The notes under the pieces: model-generated
What the model was told of the DNA's origin: nothing
What the model saw: the letters and a program-made list of their open reading frames with translations, nothing else
Databases searched by the model: none
Source of the DNA: an uncultured virus (IMG/VR IMGVR_UViG_3300023174_000069)
Taxonomy: Duplodnaviria > Heunggongvirae > Uroviricota > Caudoviricetes
Strand: one strand, 5' to 3'
IMG/VR virus record: IMGVR_UViG_3300023174_000069
Length of the DNA: 64,000 nucleotides
Program-made: the position numbers and the translations under genes
Shown: positions 55,186-64,000 of the stretch, piece by piece
Layout: each line of letters starts with the position of its first letter
Position numbering within the stretch: the first letter of the stretch is position 1

Positions 55186-56496
55186 ATGTATCTCACTGAT
55201 GAACTTCAAAAGAAATGGGAAAAGGTGCTTAACCACCCTGATTTGCCAGAGGTGCGTGATGCTCACAAGAGAGCAGTTCTAACTGTCCTCTTGGAGAATC
55301 AACTCAACGAATCTCGTAAGGAGCGAATGATCACCGAAGATGCTCCTGTTAATAGCGGACTCACAACTCCTAGCACTGCTAAGAGTGATGCTGGTTCTAA
55401 GATGCAGGGTTATGATCCTGTATTGATCTCTCTACTTCGTCGTGCGCTGCCTAATTTGATGGCGTTTGATGTTTGTGGTGTTCAACCAATGAAGGCTCCG
55501 ACCGGGCTTATCTTTGCTATGAAGAGCCGCTACACATCACAAGGCGGAACTGAGGCTTTGGGTCTTGATGAAGCCAACACATCATTTACTGGTGCTGGAT
55601 CTCACGCAGGAGATGCCGATCCATTTGCTGCTGGACTTGCTGCAGGAACTGGAATGTCAACTTCTGATGGTGAAGCTAAGGGTAGTGGATTGAACAGCAA
55701 TCCTCCAGTAAACGATAATGCTTTCCCAGAGATGGCTTTCTCTATCGAGAAAGTAAGCGTTGAAGCTAAGACTCGTGCTCTCAAGGCTGAATACTCGATG
55801 GAACTTGCTCAAGACCTTCGTGCAGTACACGGGCTTGATGCTGAGACTGAGCTTGCTAATATCCTTTCGGCTGAGATCCTTGCGGAGATCAATCGTGAGG
55901 TTATTCGTACAATTTACAAGAGTGCAAAGACTGGTGCTCAACACGGTGTTGCTTCTGCTGGAACATTCAATCTCGATGTAGATTCTAACGGACGTTGGTC
56001 TGTTGAGAAGTACAAGGGTCTGATGGTTCAGATTGAGCGTGAAGCTAATGCAATCGCTAAGGAAACACGACGTGGACGTGGAAACATCCTCATCTGTGAT
56101 AGCGATACGGCAAGTGCTTTGAGTGTTGCGGGACTTCTTGATTGTAATTCTGCTCTCAAGGATTCGCTCTCAGTTGATGACACCGGAAACACTTTCGTTG
56201 GAGTTCTCAACGGACGTTTCAAGGTTTACATCGACCCATTTGCTCCACTTGGTCAGCACTTTATTGTTGCTGGATTCAAGGGCGCTAACCAGTATGATGC
56301 TGGATTGTTCTACTGTCCATACGTTCCACTCCAGATGGTTCGTGCAGTAGATCAAGGATCGTTCCAACCAAAGATTGGATTCAAGACTCGTTACGGGCTT
56401 GTAGCTAATCCTTTTGCTAACTCGACTGTATCTGGTGCTCTCAATAACGGAGCTAACAGCTACTATCGTAAGGTTAAGGTAACTAACCTTCTCTAA
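55186..56496 (+). CDS. gp23: Major capsid protein
   Basis: LLENQ; DVCGVQPMKAPTGLIFAM; RALKAEYSMELAQDLRAVHGLDAETELANILS; FYCPYVPL; FQPKIGFKTRYG. Confidence 0.99.
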   Translation: MYLTDELQKKWEKVLNHPDLPEVRDAHKRAVLTVLLENQLNESRKERMITEDAPVNSGLTTPSTAKSDAGSKMQGYDPVLISLLRRALPNLMAFDVCGVQPMKAPTGLIFAMKSRYTSQGGTEALGLDEANTSFTGAGSHAGDADPFAAGLAAGTGMSTSDGEAKGSGLNSNPPVNDNAFPEMAFSIEKVSVEAKTRALKAEYSMELAQDLRAVHGLDAETELANILSAEILAEINREVIRTIYKSAKTGAQHGVASAGTFNLDVDSNGRWSVEKYKGLMVQIEREANAIAKETRRGRGNILICDSDTASALSVAGLLDCNSALKDSLSVDDTGNTFVGVLNGRFKVYIDPFAPLGQHFIVAGFKGANQYDAGLFYCPYVPLQMVRAVDQGSFQPKIGFKTRYGLVANPFANSTVSGALNNGANSYYRKVKVTNLL

Positions 56497-56517
56497 TATC
56501 AGAAGGTTAATAGATCC

Positions 56518-56547
56518 AAAAAAGGGAGCCTTGTGCTCCCTTTTTTT
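56518..56547 (+). terminator. Rho-independent terminator after gp23
   Basis: A6-GGGAGC-cttgt-GCTCCC-T7. Confidence 0.9.
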
Positions 56548-56602
56548 ATGTCTTTGATTATATTACAAAAAATATTCCCTAAAAACACTGGTTATATTTT
56601 TC

Positions 56603-56637
56603 TTGACGCTTGTTCTATAGACGCTATATCATAAATA
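56603..56637 (+). promoter_or_regulatory. Late promoter CATAAATA overlapping a possible sigma70 promoter
   Basis: CATAAATA at 56630-56637; TTGACG (56603)-N18-TATCAT (56627). Confidence 0.5.
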
Positions 56638-56668
56638 GTATGAACAATCAACAGTCGAGATTCCAAAT

Positions 56669-57238
56669 ATGCCGATAACAGATGTTGAAAATCGCAATTT
56701 TCAATCACCTCTTAATTTTGAATTTCGTGTCGATAAACTTACCGACTTTAATTACTTTGTACAAAAAATTAATATTCCCGATTTAAATATTCCTGTTGCA
56801 GTAAACGGTAGTGCCACACCTTTTGCAAAGATACAATATACTGGTGATCATTTAGAATTCGGTGAGCTATCAGTTGATTTCAAAGTAAGCGAAGGGCTAT
56901 ACAACTGGTATGAAATCTTTTCTTGGATGCAAGGTATTGGTTTCCCAGAAAGTATCGAGCAATATGGTAAAATGAAAGATGGATTAACTCCAGACTTAAA
57001 CGGTAATATATCAAAGCGACCGCTACCACAAAGAACACATGGTGGAGTTTATGGACAAGGCACTCTTCTAATAAACACCAGTCAAAATAATCCTATATTA
57101 AAAATCACCTTTGTTGATTTGCACCCAGTTAGTCTTGGTGAAATGGTCTTTGATACAAGGGAAACAGATGTTTTGTATGTAACAGCGACGGTTAGTTTTA
57201 AGTATGATTATCTTACGGTCGAGAAACTTGTTGTATAG
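56669..57238 (+). CDS. gp3: Tail tube terminator/completion protein
   Basis: NFQSPLNFEF...NIPD...TPF...GDHLEFGEL.V.F...NWYEIFSWM...P.SLG...F. Confidence 0.88.
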   Translation: MPITDVENRNFQSPLNFEFRVDKLTDFNYFVQKINIPDLNIPVAVNGSATPFAKIQYTGDHLEFGELSVDFKVSEGLYNWYEIFSWMQGIGFPESIEQYGKMKDGLTPDLNGNISKRPLPQRTHGGVYGQGTLLINTSQNNPILKITFVDLHPVSLGEMVFDTRETDVLYVTATVSFKYDYLTVEKLVV

Positions 57239-57246
57239 GAGTTTGT

Positions 57247-57597
57247 ATGTCTAAAGCAATTAGAAGAAAGCGTCCAAAAAGAATTAAGATAGGGTATTTG
57301 GACTTCAAACTTATTCCACGATCAAAAAAGTGGAGTATTAAACACAAGGCTGTAGGTATGTGCTTACCGGAAGATGGTAGAATTGCATTTTCTACAGCAC
57401 AGAAACGATCAGAGATTGTAAACACCATTTTACACGAGATGTTGCATGGTGTTGTTTATATGTTTGATATTAATTTTAGAAATCTTCGTGAAGAGGAAAA
57501 AGTAGTCCGAAAGATGGCTAATGGACTACACACAGTATTCAAAGATAATCCAGAATTTTTAGAATGGGTAATGCAAAACTCTGGCGATGATGAATAA
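57247..57597 (+). CDS. HEXXH metallopeptidase-like protein
   Basis: TILHEMLHG followed by EEKVV...NGL; AGGAG SD. Confidence 0.7.
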   Translation: MSKAIRRKRPKRIKIGYLDFKLIPRSKKWSIKHKAVGMCLPEDGRIAFSTAQKRSEIVNTILHEMLHGVVYMFDINFRNLREEEKVVRKMANGLHTVFKDNPEFLEWVMQNSGDDE

Positions 57598-57844
57598 AGT
57601 TCCCGATTGGGTGGAAACTCTAAAGCAAGGTGACTTTATGGTTGTGGTATTTCCCTATACTGGAGATACAGTATTTGCGGAAGTAATTGAAAATAGTCCT
57701 AGCTCATATGACAGTATGTACTTTGGTACTATAACTATTAATTACAAAATTAATAACTTTGCAAGACAAGATGATCTGTTGTATGATGATTATTCTAAAG
57801 AATGTGATCATAGAGATAATTGGTATGCATATCGTGTAACATAA
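57587..57844 (+). CDS. Hypothetical protein
   Basis: 85-aa ORF overlapping both neighbours. Confidence 0.6.
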   Translation: MMNKVPDWVETLKQGDFMVVVFPYTGDTVFAEVIENSPSSYDSMYFGTITINYKINNFARQDDLLYDDYSKECDHRDNWYAYRVT

Positions 57845-58275
57845 TGAAGCTAGAAGAAATTGAATCACTTTGGGAACAAGACTCTAAAATAGACAGAACA
57901 GATCTCGATAACGAGAGTCTTAAAATTCCCATGCTGCATAGCAAATACTACAAAATATATTTGCGTGAAAAAATCCAACTGAAATCAGAAGAGCTTGAGT
58001 ACAAACAATTCTATAAACTCAAGCACGAATATTATAATGGAAAATTATCTCAGGAAGAATTAAAGGATCTTGGTTGGGAACCATTTCAGTTTGTTTTAAA
58101 AAACGATTTACAAGTTTACATAGATGCTGACAAAGATGTAATTACTAGATTACTAAAACTGCAAGTACAGCGAGAAAAAGTAGAACTATTGGAAAATATC
58201 ATTAAGACACTTAATGGTCGTGGATTTTTAATCAAAAATGCCATAGACTTTATACGATTTACTAGCGGAGCTTAA
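57844..58275 (+). CDS. uvsY: Recombination mediator protein UvsY
   Basis: WEQDSKID..DLD.ESLKIP.LHSKY; YY.G; RGFLIKNAIDF; ATG at 57844. Confidence 0.93.
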   Translation: MKLEEIESLWEQDSKIDRTDLDNESLKIPMLHSKYYKIYLREKIQLKSEELEYKQFYKLKHEYYNGKLSQEELKDLGWEPFQFVLKNDLQVYIDADKDVITRLLKLQVQREKVELLENIIKTLNGRGFLIKNAIDFIRFTSGA

Positions 58276-58389
58276 ATGAATAAAAATCCCTTTTTATTAC
58301 TGTTTATGATAGCAGTCATTTTGAGCGCAATTATGGGTTTTGTGGCTCTTTATCGAATGATACTCGTGACTATCGCTATTCTCAGCTAA
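58276..58389 (+). CDS. Small hydrophobic membrane peptide (37 aa), not in the ORF track
   Basis: MNKNPFLLLFMIAVILSAIMGFVALYRMILVTIAILS; abuts the uvsY stop with GGAG upstream. Confidence 0.5.
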   Translation: MNKNPFLLLFMIAVILSAIMGFVALYRMILVTIAILS

Positions 58390-58410
58390 GAAACTAACTT
58401 ATTTTTCTAT

Positions 58411-58418
58411 CATAAATA
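58411..58418 (+). promoter_or_regulatory. T4-type late promoter (CATAAATA)
   Basis: Upstream of uvsW, which is a late gene in T4. Confidence 0.6.
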
Positions 58419-58451
58419 TCCAACAGACAATAATATTCTGTTGTGATATTA

Positions 58452-59927
58452 ATGGAAAAACTGATAGTTAAAAAATACAACGAGGTCTATCTAAGCATAG
58501 ACACATCATCTTCGATTCATCGAGAGCTATCGGACTTTTTTAAGTTCAAAGTTCCTGGTTATCAGTTTATGCCTGCATATAAAATGAGGATGTGGGATGG
58601 CAACGTAAGACTATACAATTTAATGGATGGTTCACTTTATACAGGATTGCTTCCATATCTAAGAGAGTTTTGCAAGACACGAGAGTATGAGATTGAAATT
58701 GATCCTGATATTGTAAAAAAGGAAAATTTTTGTCTGGAAGATTGTAAGAAGTTTTTAGATACTCTTGAACTTCCATTTGAAGCACGAGACTACCAACAAT
58801 CAGCAATACAACACGCAATAAAGTCTCATAGATCATTGTTACTTTCTCCTACAGGTTCTGGTAAGAGTCTTATCATATACGCTCTCACAAGATATTACAA
58901 CAAAAAAACATTAATAATTGTACCTACAATTTCTCTGGTATCTCAGATGTATTCTGATTTCAAAGAATACGCAAAAAATCAACCTGAATATTGTGTTGAT
59001 AAAATAATTCATCCGATTTACGGAGGTCAAGATAAGATTTCAAATAAAAAGGTTGTTATCTCTACTTGGCAATCCATCTATAAACTACCTAAAACTTGGT
59101 TTGATCAATTTGACATGGTGATAGGAGACGAAGTTCATTTGTTCAAAGCAAAAAGTCTTGTCAGTATTATGACAAAACTCGAAAACTGCAAGTACAGATT
59201 TGGCACCACAGGCACATTAGACGGCACACAAACTCATAAGCTAGTATTAGAAGGACTTTTTGGTACAACATTCTCGGTAACAACCACAAAAACTCTAATG
59301 GAGAAAAAACAATTAGCTGAATTAAATATTGAGTGTGTGGTATTAAAGTATGACAATGATATCATTAAAGCTCACAAAAAGGATAACTATCAAGAAGAAA
59401 TTAAATTTCTTGTACAAAATGAAAAGCGCAACACGTTCATTAGAAATTTAGCTGTTAGTACCAAATCCAACTGCTTGGTAATATTTCAGTTAGTAGAATT
59501 ACATGGAAAAGTTTTGTATGAGATGATCAAAGAAAAGGCTCATAAAATTAATCCTGATAGAAAAGTGTTTTTTGTGTCGGGAGAAACTGATGCTGAAACA
59601 CGAGAGCAAGTAAGACAAATAACAGAGAATGAAAGAGATGCTATAATTGTGGCTTCTAGTGGAGTTTTTAGCACTGGAATCAACATTCGTAATCTTGAAA
59701 ATATTATTTTTGCATCACCAACAAAAAGTAGAATCAAAACGCTACAGTCTATAGGAAGAACGCTTCGTATTGGTGATCATTCAGATAAGGCTAAACTATA
59801 TGATATTGTTGATGATATGACTGATAAATCTCACAAGAATTTTGCTGTCAAGCACTTCTTAGAGAGAGTTAAGATATACAATGAAGAGAAGTTCAAGTAC
59901 AAGCTGCACAAAGTAAATTTGTTTTAA
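58452..59927 (+). CDS. uvsW: SF2 DNA/RNA-DNA helicase UvsW
   Basis: RDYQ; SPTGSGKS; DEVH; GTTGT; FSTGINI; LQSIGR.LR. Confidence 0.97.
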   Translation: MEKLIVKKYNEVYLSIDTSSSIHRELSDFFKFKVPGYQFMPAYKMRMWDGNVRLYNLMDGSLYTGLLPYLREFCKTREYEIEIDPDIVKKENFCLEDCKKFLDTLELPFEARDYQQSAIQHAIKSHRSLLLSPTGSGKSLIIYALTRYYNKKTLIIVPTISLVSQMYSDFKEYAKNQPEYCVDKIIHPIYGGQDKISNKKVVISTWQSIYKLPKTWFDQFDMVIGDEVHLFKAKSLVSIMTKLENCKYRFGTTGTLDGTQTHKLVLEGLFGTTFSVTTTKTLMEKKQLAELNIECVVLKYDNDIIKAHKKDNYQEEIKFLVQNEKRNTFIRNLAVSTKSNCLVIFQLVELHGKVLYEMIKEKAHKINPDRKVFFVSGETDAETREQVRQITENERDAIIVASSGVFSTGINIRNLENIIFASPTKSRIKTLQSIGRTLRIGDHSDKAKLYDIVDDMTDKSHKNFAVKHFLERVKIYNEEKFKYKLHKVNLF

Positions 59928-59938
59928 TAAATACATTG

Positions 59939-60382
59939 ATGTCATTAAAAGTTTTAAAACTAATAACAGGCGAAGAGTTAATCGGTATCGTTCAAGACGG
60001 TAGAGATGTGACTGATGCTGAAGATGGTTACACTCATGACAACTTACTCTTCATTACAGGTCCTTTAAAAATAAATTGCACTTACGATAAAGAAGCAAGA
60101 GCGCATTCCATATATCTTTCAGACTGGGTTCCAGCAATCAGTGAGGATATGCTACCTGTAGATAAAAACAAAGTTTTAACTCTGGGTAGACCCACATCAG
60201 AATTAGAAGAACACTATTATGAATTGGTTATAGCCAGTCAATTATTACAACAAGCAGAAGCAGAAACTCAATCAGAGAATCAAAGGCTCGAAGATGTTGG
60301 TTCGGATGACAACCAAGACTTACAGAAGACGCTAATTAAGATACTTAAAAGCCACAAGTTTGACGACGACGACTATCAATAA
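59939..60382 (+). CDS. Conserved T4-like hypothetical protein (Sm-like fold)
   Basis: VLKLITGEELIG motif; usual position between uvsW and gp55; AATAAATA at 59926-59933. Confidence 0.75.
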   Translation: MSLKVLKLITGEELIGIVQDGRDVTDAEDGYTHDNLLFITGPLKINCTYDKEARAHSIYLSDWVPAISEDMLPVDKNKVLTLGRPTSELEEHYYELVIASQLLQQAEAETQSENQRLEDVGSDDNQDLQKTLIKILKSHKFDDDDYQ

Positions 60383-60674
60383 ACGCTTCCTAAACAGTAG
60401 CAATTTCAATAGCCTACCAAGACAAAAATCAATAGGAATCGCTGTTCTATACACAGCTATAGGTTAAACTATTTTTGCATCCTATTAACTTTTTTTTCAT
60501 TGGTTCTGGTTTTCTTGTTTTTTTCTATTCTGGTTTTATACATAGGCTTGTAGTGCCTTCGCATAAGACTTTTTATAATCTTTATATCTTTTAAAAGCAC
60601 TATAGGCCATAATAAGACTTTTTATCTTTTATTAGACCAAGGCCTCAAAATAATTAAAAAACTTTAATATTTTC

Positions 60675-60702
60675 TTGTAAAAGAATTATTGTGTGCTATC
60701 AT
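60675..60702 (+). promoter_or_regulatory. Sigma70-type promoter for gp55
   Basis: TTGTAA-N16-TATCAT with TG extended -10. Confidence 0.55.
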
Positions 60703-60708
60703 CTTTAT

Positions 60709-61296
60709 ATGGATGAAAATCATAAAAAGCTGCACTACGTTAATAATGCAGAATTTTACAAAGAGATGAAAGAATATATTGCTGCTGTTAAAAAGGCCAA
60801 GCGATCTAAAGACCCGTTGCCACAGGTTACTAATTATATTGGTGAGTGTATACTTTCTATTGCTAATAAATTGGCTAATAAACCCAATTTTATGAATTAT
60901 CCATTTCGTGAAGAAATGATTAGTGATGGTGTTGAAAACAGTTTGCAGTATATAAACAACTTTGATCCTAATAAAAGTAAAAATCCATTCGCTTACTTTA
61001 CACAGATCATATACTTTGCATTTGTGCGAAGAATAGAACGAGAAAAGAAGCAATTATATACCAAGTATCGATTGATTGCAGAAAATCTAATACATGATGC
61101 CGATAGCGAACACTTACAAAACAGCAAATACGGTAGTGATCAAGCCGATTTAAATATGTATGAGTTTGTAGAAAAGTTTGAAAAGAGTAAGGAAAACAAG
61201 AAAAAGAAAGCCAAAGAAAATAGCAAAAAGCGCAAAAATAAAAAGCGAGACTTTGATGCTATGTTTGATCAGTACGAAGATATACCTGAACAATGA
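60709..61296 (+). CDS. gp55: Late-transcription sigma factor
   Basis: HYVNNAEF; YIGECILSIANKLANKPNFMNYPFREEMISDGVEN; NPFAYFTQIIYFAFVRRIEREKKQ. Confidence 0.96.
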   Translation: MDENHKKLHYVNNAEFYKEMKEYIAAVKKAKRSKDPLPQVTNYIGECILSIANKLANKPNFMNYPFREEMISDGVENSLQYINNFDPNKSKNPFAYFTQIIYFAFVRRIEREKKQLYTKYRLIAENLIHDADSEHLQNSKYGSDQADLNMYEFVEKFEKSKENKKKKAKENSKKRKNKKRDFDAMFDQYEDIPEQ

Positions 61297-61619
61297 GTTT
61301 TGGTTTTGTAAAACAAATATGGAATAATTCTGATCTTGATCCTGATATGAGCGAGCAAATTAAAAAACAAGCAATACTGGATAGTTTATATCATCATTGT
61401 CAAATTAGAACGCATACATCCAAAGATGTGTATGCCAAATTACTGAATGACTTAAAATTAGTTCCACCTACCAATGTTACTGATAAAGTTTTGGATGTAA
61501 TCAGAGAATATAAAAATACCGGAAAAAATCTTGAAGCCACAATCGACTCACTGTATAGTATATTGTATGTGACAAATACAACTACATCCAATAATGGATG
61601 GAGTCCAACAGATACTTGA
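61293..61619 (+). CDS. Hypothetical protein
   Basis: 108-aa ORF with ATGA overlap with gp55. Confidence 0.65.
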   Translation: MSFGFVKQIWNNSDLDPDMSEQIKKQAILDSLYHHCQIRTHTSKDVYAKLLNDLKLVPPTNVTDKVLDVIREYKNTGKNLEATIDSLYSILYVTNTTTSNNGWSPTDT

Positions 61620-61621
61620 TT

Positions 61622-61864
61622 ATGGCAAAAAACAAAAAGACTGCAAAAACTACCAAAAAGAAACTTACTCCCGAGTATATTACAGTAAATGGTAGCACAT
61701 ACGAAAAGGTTTCTGATACTTCGGTAGAAGTTTCTCTTGATTTGGAATCTGATGTGCTAGATGATTTGACTTCTTTGGTAAAAGAAGGAAAGTTTGTTTC
61801 TATAGGAGATGCTGTTCGCTATATTCTCAGACGAAAACTTGAGAGCGAAGGCTATAAGATTTAA
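61622..61864 (+). CDS. Ribbon-helix-helix (CopG/Arc-like) DNA-binding protein
   Basis: VSLDLESDVLDDLTSLVKEGKFVSIGDAVRYILRRKL fits the RHH pattern; ATG at 61622. Confidence 0.65.
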   Translation: MAKNKKTAKTTKKKLTPEYITVNGSTYEKVSDTSVEVSLDLESDVLDDLTSLVKEGKFVSIGDAVRYILRRKLESEGYKI

Positions 61865-62946
61865 TGAAAGTTGCTATTATAACCGACACCCATTGTGGTG
61901 CGGGTAACGACAATCAAAATCTCAACGAGTTCTTTTTAAAGTTCTACGAAGATGTATTTTTTCCTTACTTGAAGCAGCATAATATAAAAACTGTGTTGCA
62001 TTTAGGTGATACGTTTGACCGCCGCAAGTACATTAATTTTAGTACACTACATTCTTGGCAAAATCGTGTGTTTAAGCCACTGCACGATTGGTGTGATCGT
62101 GTTGATATACTAATTGGTAATCATGACACTTACTACAAAAATACCAATAAAGTAAATAGTGTTGAAGAGCTATTAAAAATTTACCCTAAATTTAATATCT
62201 TTGTAGAACCTACCGAAGTTGATATTGACAATAGAAAGTTTTTGTATGTTCCTTGGATCTGTGAAGATAATCAAGAGCAAGCATTCAAGATGATCGACGA
62301 ATCGCAAGCACATATTTGTGCAGGTCATCTTGAGCTAATAGGGTTTGAGATGTACGCTGGTCATATTAATACTAATCACGGCTACCGCAGTGATATGTTC
62401 GACAAGTATTATATGACTCTTACAGGTCATTTTCATCAAAAATCATCCATGAGCAACATTCATTATTTAGGTGCTCCGTATGCTATGATGTGGGGTGATT
62501 GTGGCTCAGCAAAGGGATTTCATGTATTGGACACAGAAACACTAGAGTTGACGTTTGTTGAAAACCCAATTCAAATGTTTCATAAGATTTATTATAACGA
62601 CACTGACGAAACTTATGATTCATTGATGAATAAGAATCATTCAGATATTCCTGGTAAGTTTGTAAAGGTAATTGTTCAAAAGAAAAATAATCCCTATTGG
62701 TTTGATCAATACTTTGAGAATCTGCAAAAAAATAACCCAGCAGATATTTCAGTAATCGAGTCAGCATTTGAAAATGGACTATCAGATCAAGATGACATCG
62801 ATCAAGCCAAGGACACTCTTACAATATTAAAAGAATGTGTTGATACCTTAAACGTAGATGAGCACAAAAATTCTCTAAACGATTTGCTTCGAGAACTTTA
62901 TATTGAAGCATTAAATAGTAATGAGCATATTCAAAGTAATAGCTAA
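61864..62946 (+). CDS. gp47: Recombination endonuclease subunit (Mre11/SbcD-like)
   Basis: IITDTH; LGDTFDRRK; IGNHD; GHLE; GHFH. Confidence 0.97.
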   Translation: MKVAIITDTHCGAGNDNQNLNEFFLKFYEDVFFPYLKQHNIKTVLHLGDTFDRRKYINFSTLHSWQNRVFKPLHDWCDRVDILIGNHDTYYKNTNKVNSVEELLKIYPKFNIFVEPTEVDIDNRKFLYVPWICEDNQEQAFKMIDESQAHICAGHLELIGFEMYAGHINTNHGYRSDMFDKYYMTLTGHFHQKSSMSNIHYLGAPYAMMWGDCGSAKGFHVLDTETLELTFVENPIQMFHKIYYNDTDETYDSLMNKNHSDIPGKFVKVIVQKKNNPYWFDQYFENLQKNNPADISVIESAFENGLSDQDDIDQAKDTLTILKECVDTLNVDEHKNSLNDLLRELYIEALNSNEHIQSNS

Positions 62947-63998
62947 TGATAATTTTTAAAAAGGTGCGATGGAAAAATCTTCTATCCACCGGCAACAATT
63001 TTACAGAAATTGACTTGAGTAGTAATCATACTACTATTCTATTAGGTCAAAGTGGTAGTGGAAAAAGCACACTGCTAGATGCTATAGCATTTGGATTGTT
63101 TAATCGTCCTTTTAGAAATATCAACAAGAATCAATTAGTCAACATGATCAATCAAAAAAATTGTTTGGTTGAGGTAGAGTTTACAGTAGGAACACAAAAC
63201 TATTTGATTCGCAGAGGTATAAAACCCACAGTGTTTGAGATTTACTGTGATGATGTGCTTATCAATCAAGACTCTCACTCAAAGGATTATCAGCAGTATT
63301 TGGAGCGCAGCATACTTAAATTTAATTTTAAAGCCTTCACGCAGATTATAGTTCTTGGCGCCAGCAACTTTACACCATTCATGCAACTTAAACCGGCAGA
63401 TCGAAGAATTATTATCGAAGGACTTTTGGACATAGAAATATTTTCTGTGATGAATACAATACTAAAACAGAAAATATCCAATCTCAAGAATATAACTCAA
63501 GAAAATGAATTTAATTTGTCCATAATCAAAGAAAAAATTGAATTACAGAACAAGTATATTTCAGACTTGTCACAAAGCAAGCAAGAAAAAATTCAGGAAA
63601 ATCTTGCTATTATCGAAAAAAATAAACAACAGATGTTGACTATAGAACAACAGAATCTGGAATTAAAAAACAATATTGTTGAGTTAAAGACCAAACTTAA
63701 CTTTAAAGATGATGTTGTCATACAAATTACCAAGATAAAAGATATTAAGAATAAGTTAGACTCTAACATTAAAAAATCTAAAAAGGAAATTTTGTTTTAT
63801 GAGGAAAACAATAATTGTCCTACTTGTAGGCAAAACATTCCTGTTGATTTTAAACATATGGAAATAACAAAGAAGATGGACAAAATAACAGAGTGGCAAA
63901 CAGGATTAGCTGATGTTGACTCTGCTATGAGTAAGTTGTTATTGAAGTTAGAAGAGTCTAGGCAAATAGAAGATGAAATTGATACAATACAAAGTCAA
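62946..63998 (+). CDS. gp46: Recombination endonuclease ATPase subunit (Rad50/SbcC-like), truncated by the window end
   Basis: Read from the sequence (not in the track): MIIFKKVRWKNLLSTGN, Walker A GQSGSGKSTLLDA, FTQIIVLG, and zinc hook CPTC. Confidence 0.95.
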   Translation, partial: MIIFKKVRWKNLLSTGNNFTEIDLSSNHTTILLGQSGSGKSTLLDAIAFGLFNRPFRNINKNQLVNMINQKNCLVEVEFTVGTQNYLIRRGIKPTVFEIYCDDVLINQDSHSKDYQQYLERSILKFNFKAFTQIIVLGASNFTPFMQLKPADRRIIIEGLLDIEIFSVMNTILKQKISNLKNITQENEFNLSIIKEKIELQNKYISDLSQSKQEKIQENLAIIEKNKQQMLTIEQQNLELKNNIVELKTKLNFKDDVVIQITKIKDIKNKLDSNIKKSKKEILFYEENNNCPTCRQNIPVDFKHMEITKKMDKITEWQTGLADVDSAMSKLLLKLEESRQIEDEIDTIQSQ

Positions 63999-64000
63999 AT

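Noticed and set aside
45449..59927. Introns, inteins or homing endonucleases in terminase, portal, capsid or uvsW
   Set aside because: All are uninterrupted and of normal length.
60481..60543. Reverse-complement resemblance to 1121-1155, and a 24-aa minus-strand ORF
   Set aside because: Low-complexity A/T-rich sequence; chance similarity is likely and there is no supporting expression signal.
1..64000. Stop-codon reassignment
   Set aside because: Core genes are full length under the standard code and end in TAA, TAG or TGA at the expected positions.

Overview
This is a 64-kb segment of a large lytic T4-superfamily myophage. It is AT-rich, uses the standard genetic code, and every credible gene is on the + strand. 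From left to right: (1) 1-7.2 kb, accessory genes, including a PD-(D/E)XK nuclease-like protein, a likely capsid-internal protein and about 17 small ORFs behind sigma70-type promoters. (2) 7.2-22.4 kb, baseplate genes gp5, gp25, gp6, gp7, gp8 and a large DUF4815/VrlC-like protein split into two ORFs. (3) 22.4-41.9 kb, a roughly 19-kb modular fibre cluster where T4 has genes 9-12/wac. It holds five tail-collar proteins with HxH needles, a roughly 1000-aa acidic coiled coil, two other repeat-rich fibres and a holin. (4) 41.9-57.2 kb, neck, terminase, tail and head genes: gp13-gp18, two gp19 paralogues, gp20, gp21, two inserted genes, gp22, gp23 and gp3. (5) 57.2-64 kb, uvsY, uvsW, gp55, gp47 and a truncated gp46. 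NATAAATA late promoters precede most structural genes. The most unusual observations are: a small beta-domain shared by several fibres and fused to neck protein gp13; three tandem collar paralogues each with exactly ten HxH motifs; a lysozyme-less gp5 with an EF-hand-like insert and a C-terminal extension; a hairpin overlapping the gp5 late promoter; and apparently leaderless transcripts, including gp55. All family assignments come from motif recognition and gene order; no database searches were run. I found no tRNA, CRISPR array, intron, intein or reverse transcriptase.
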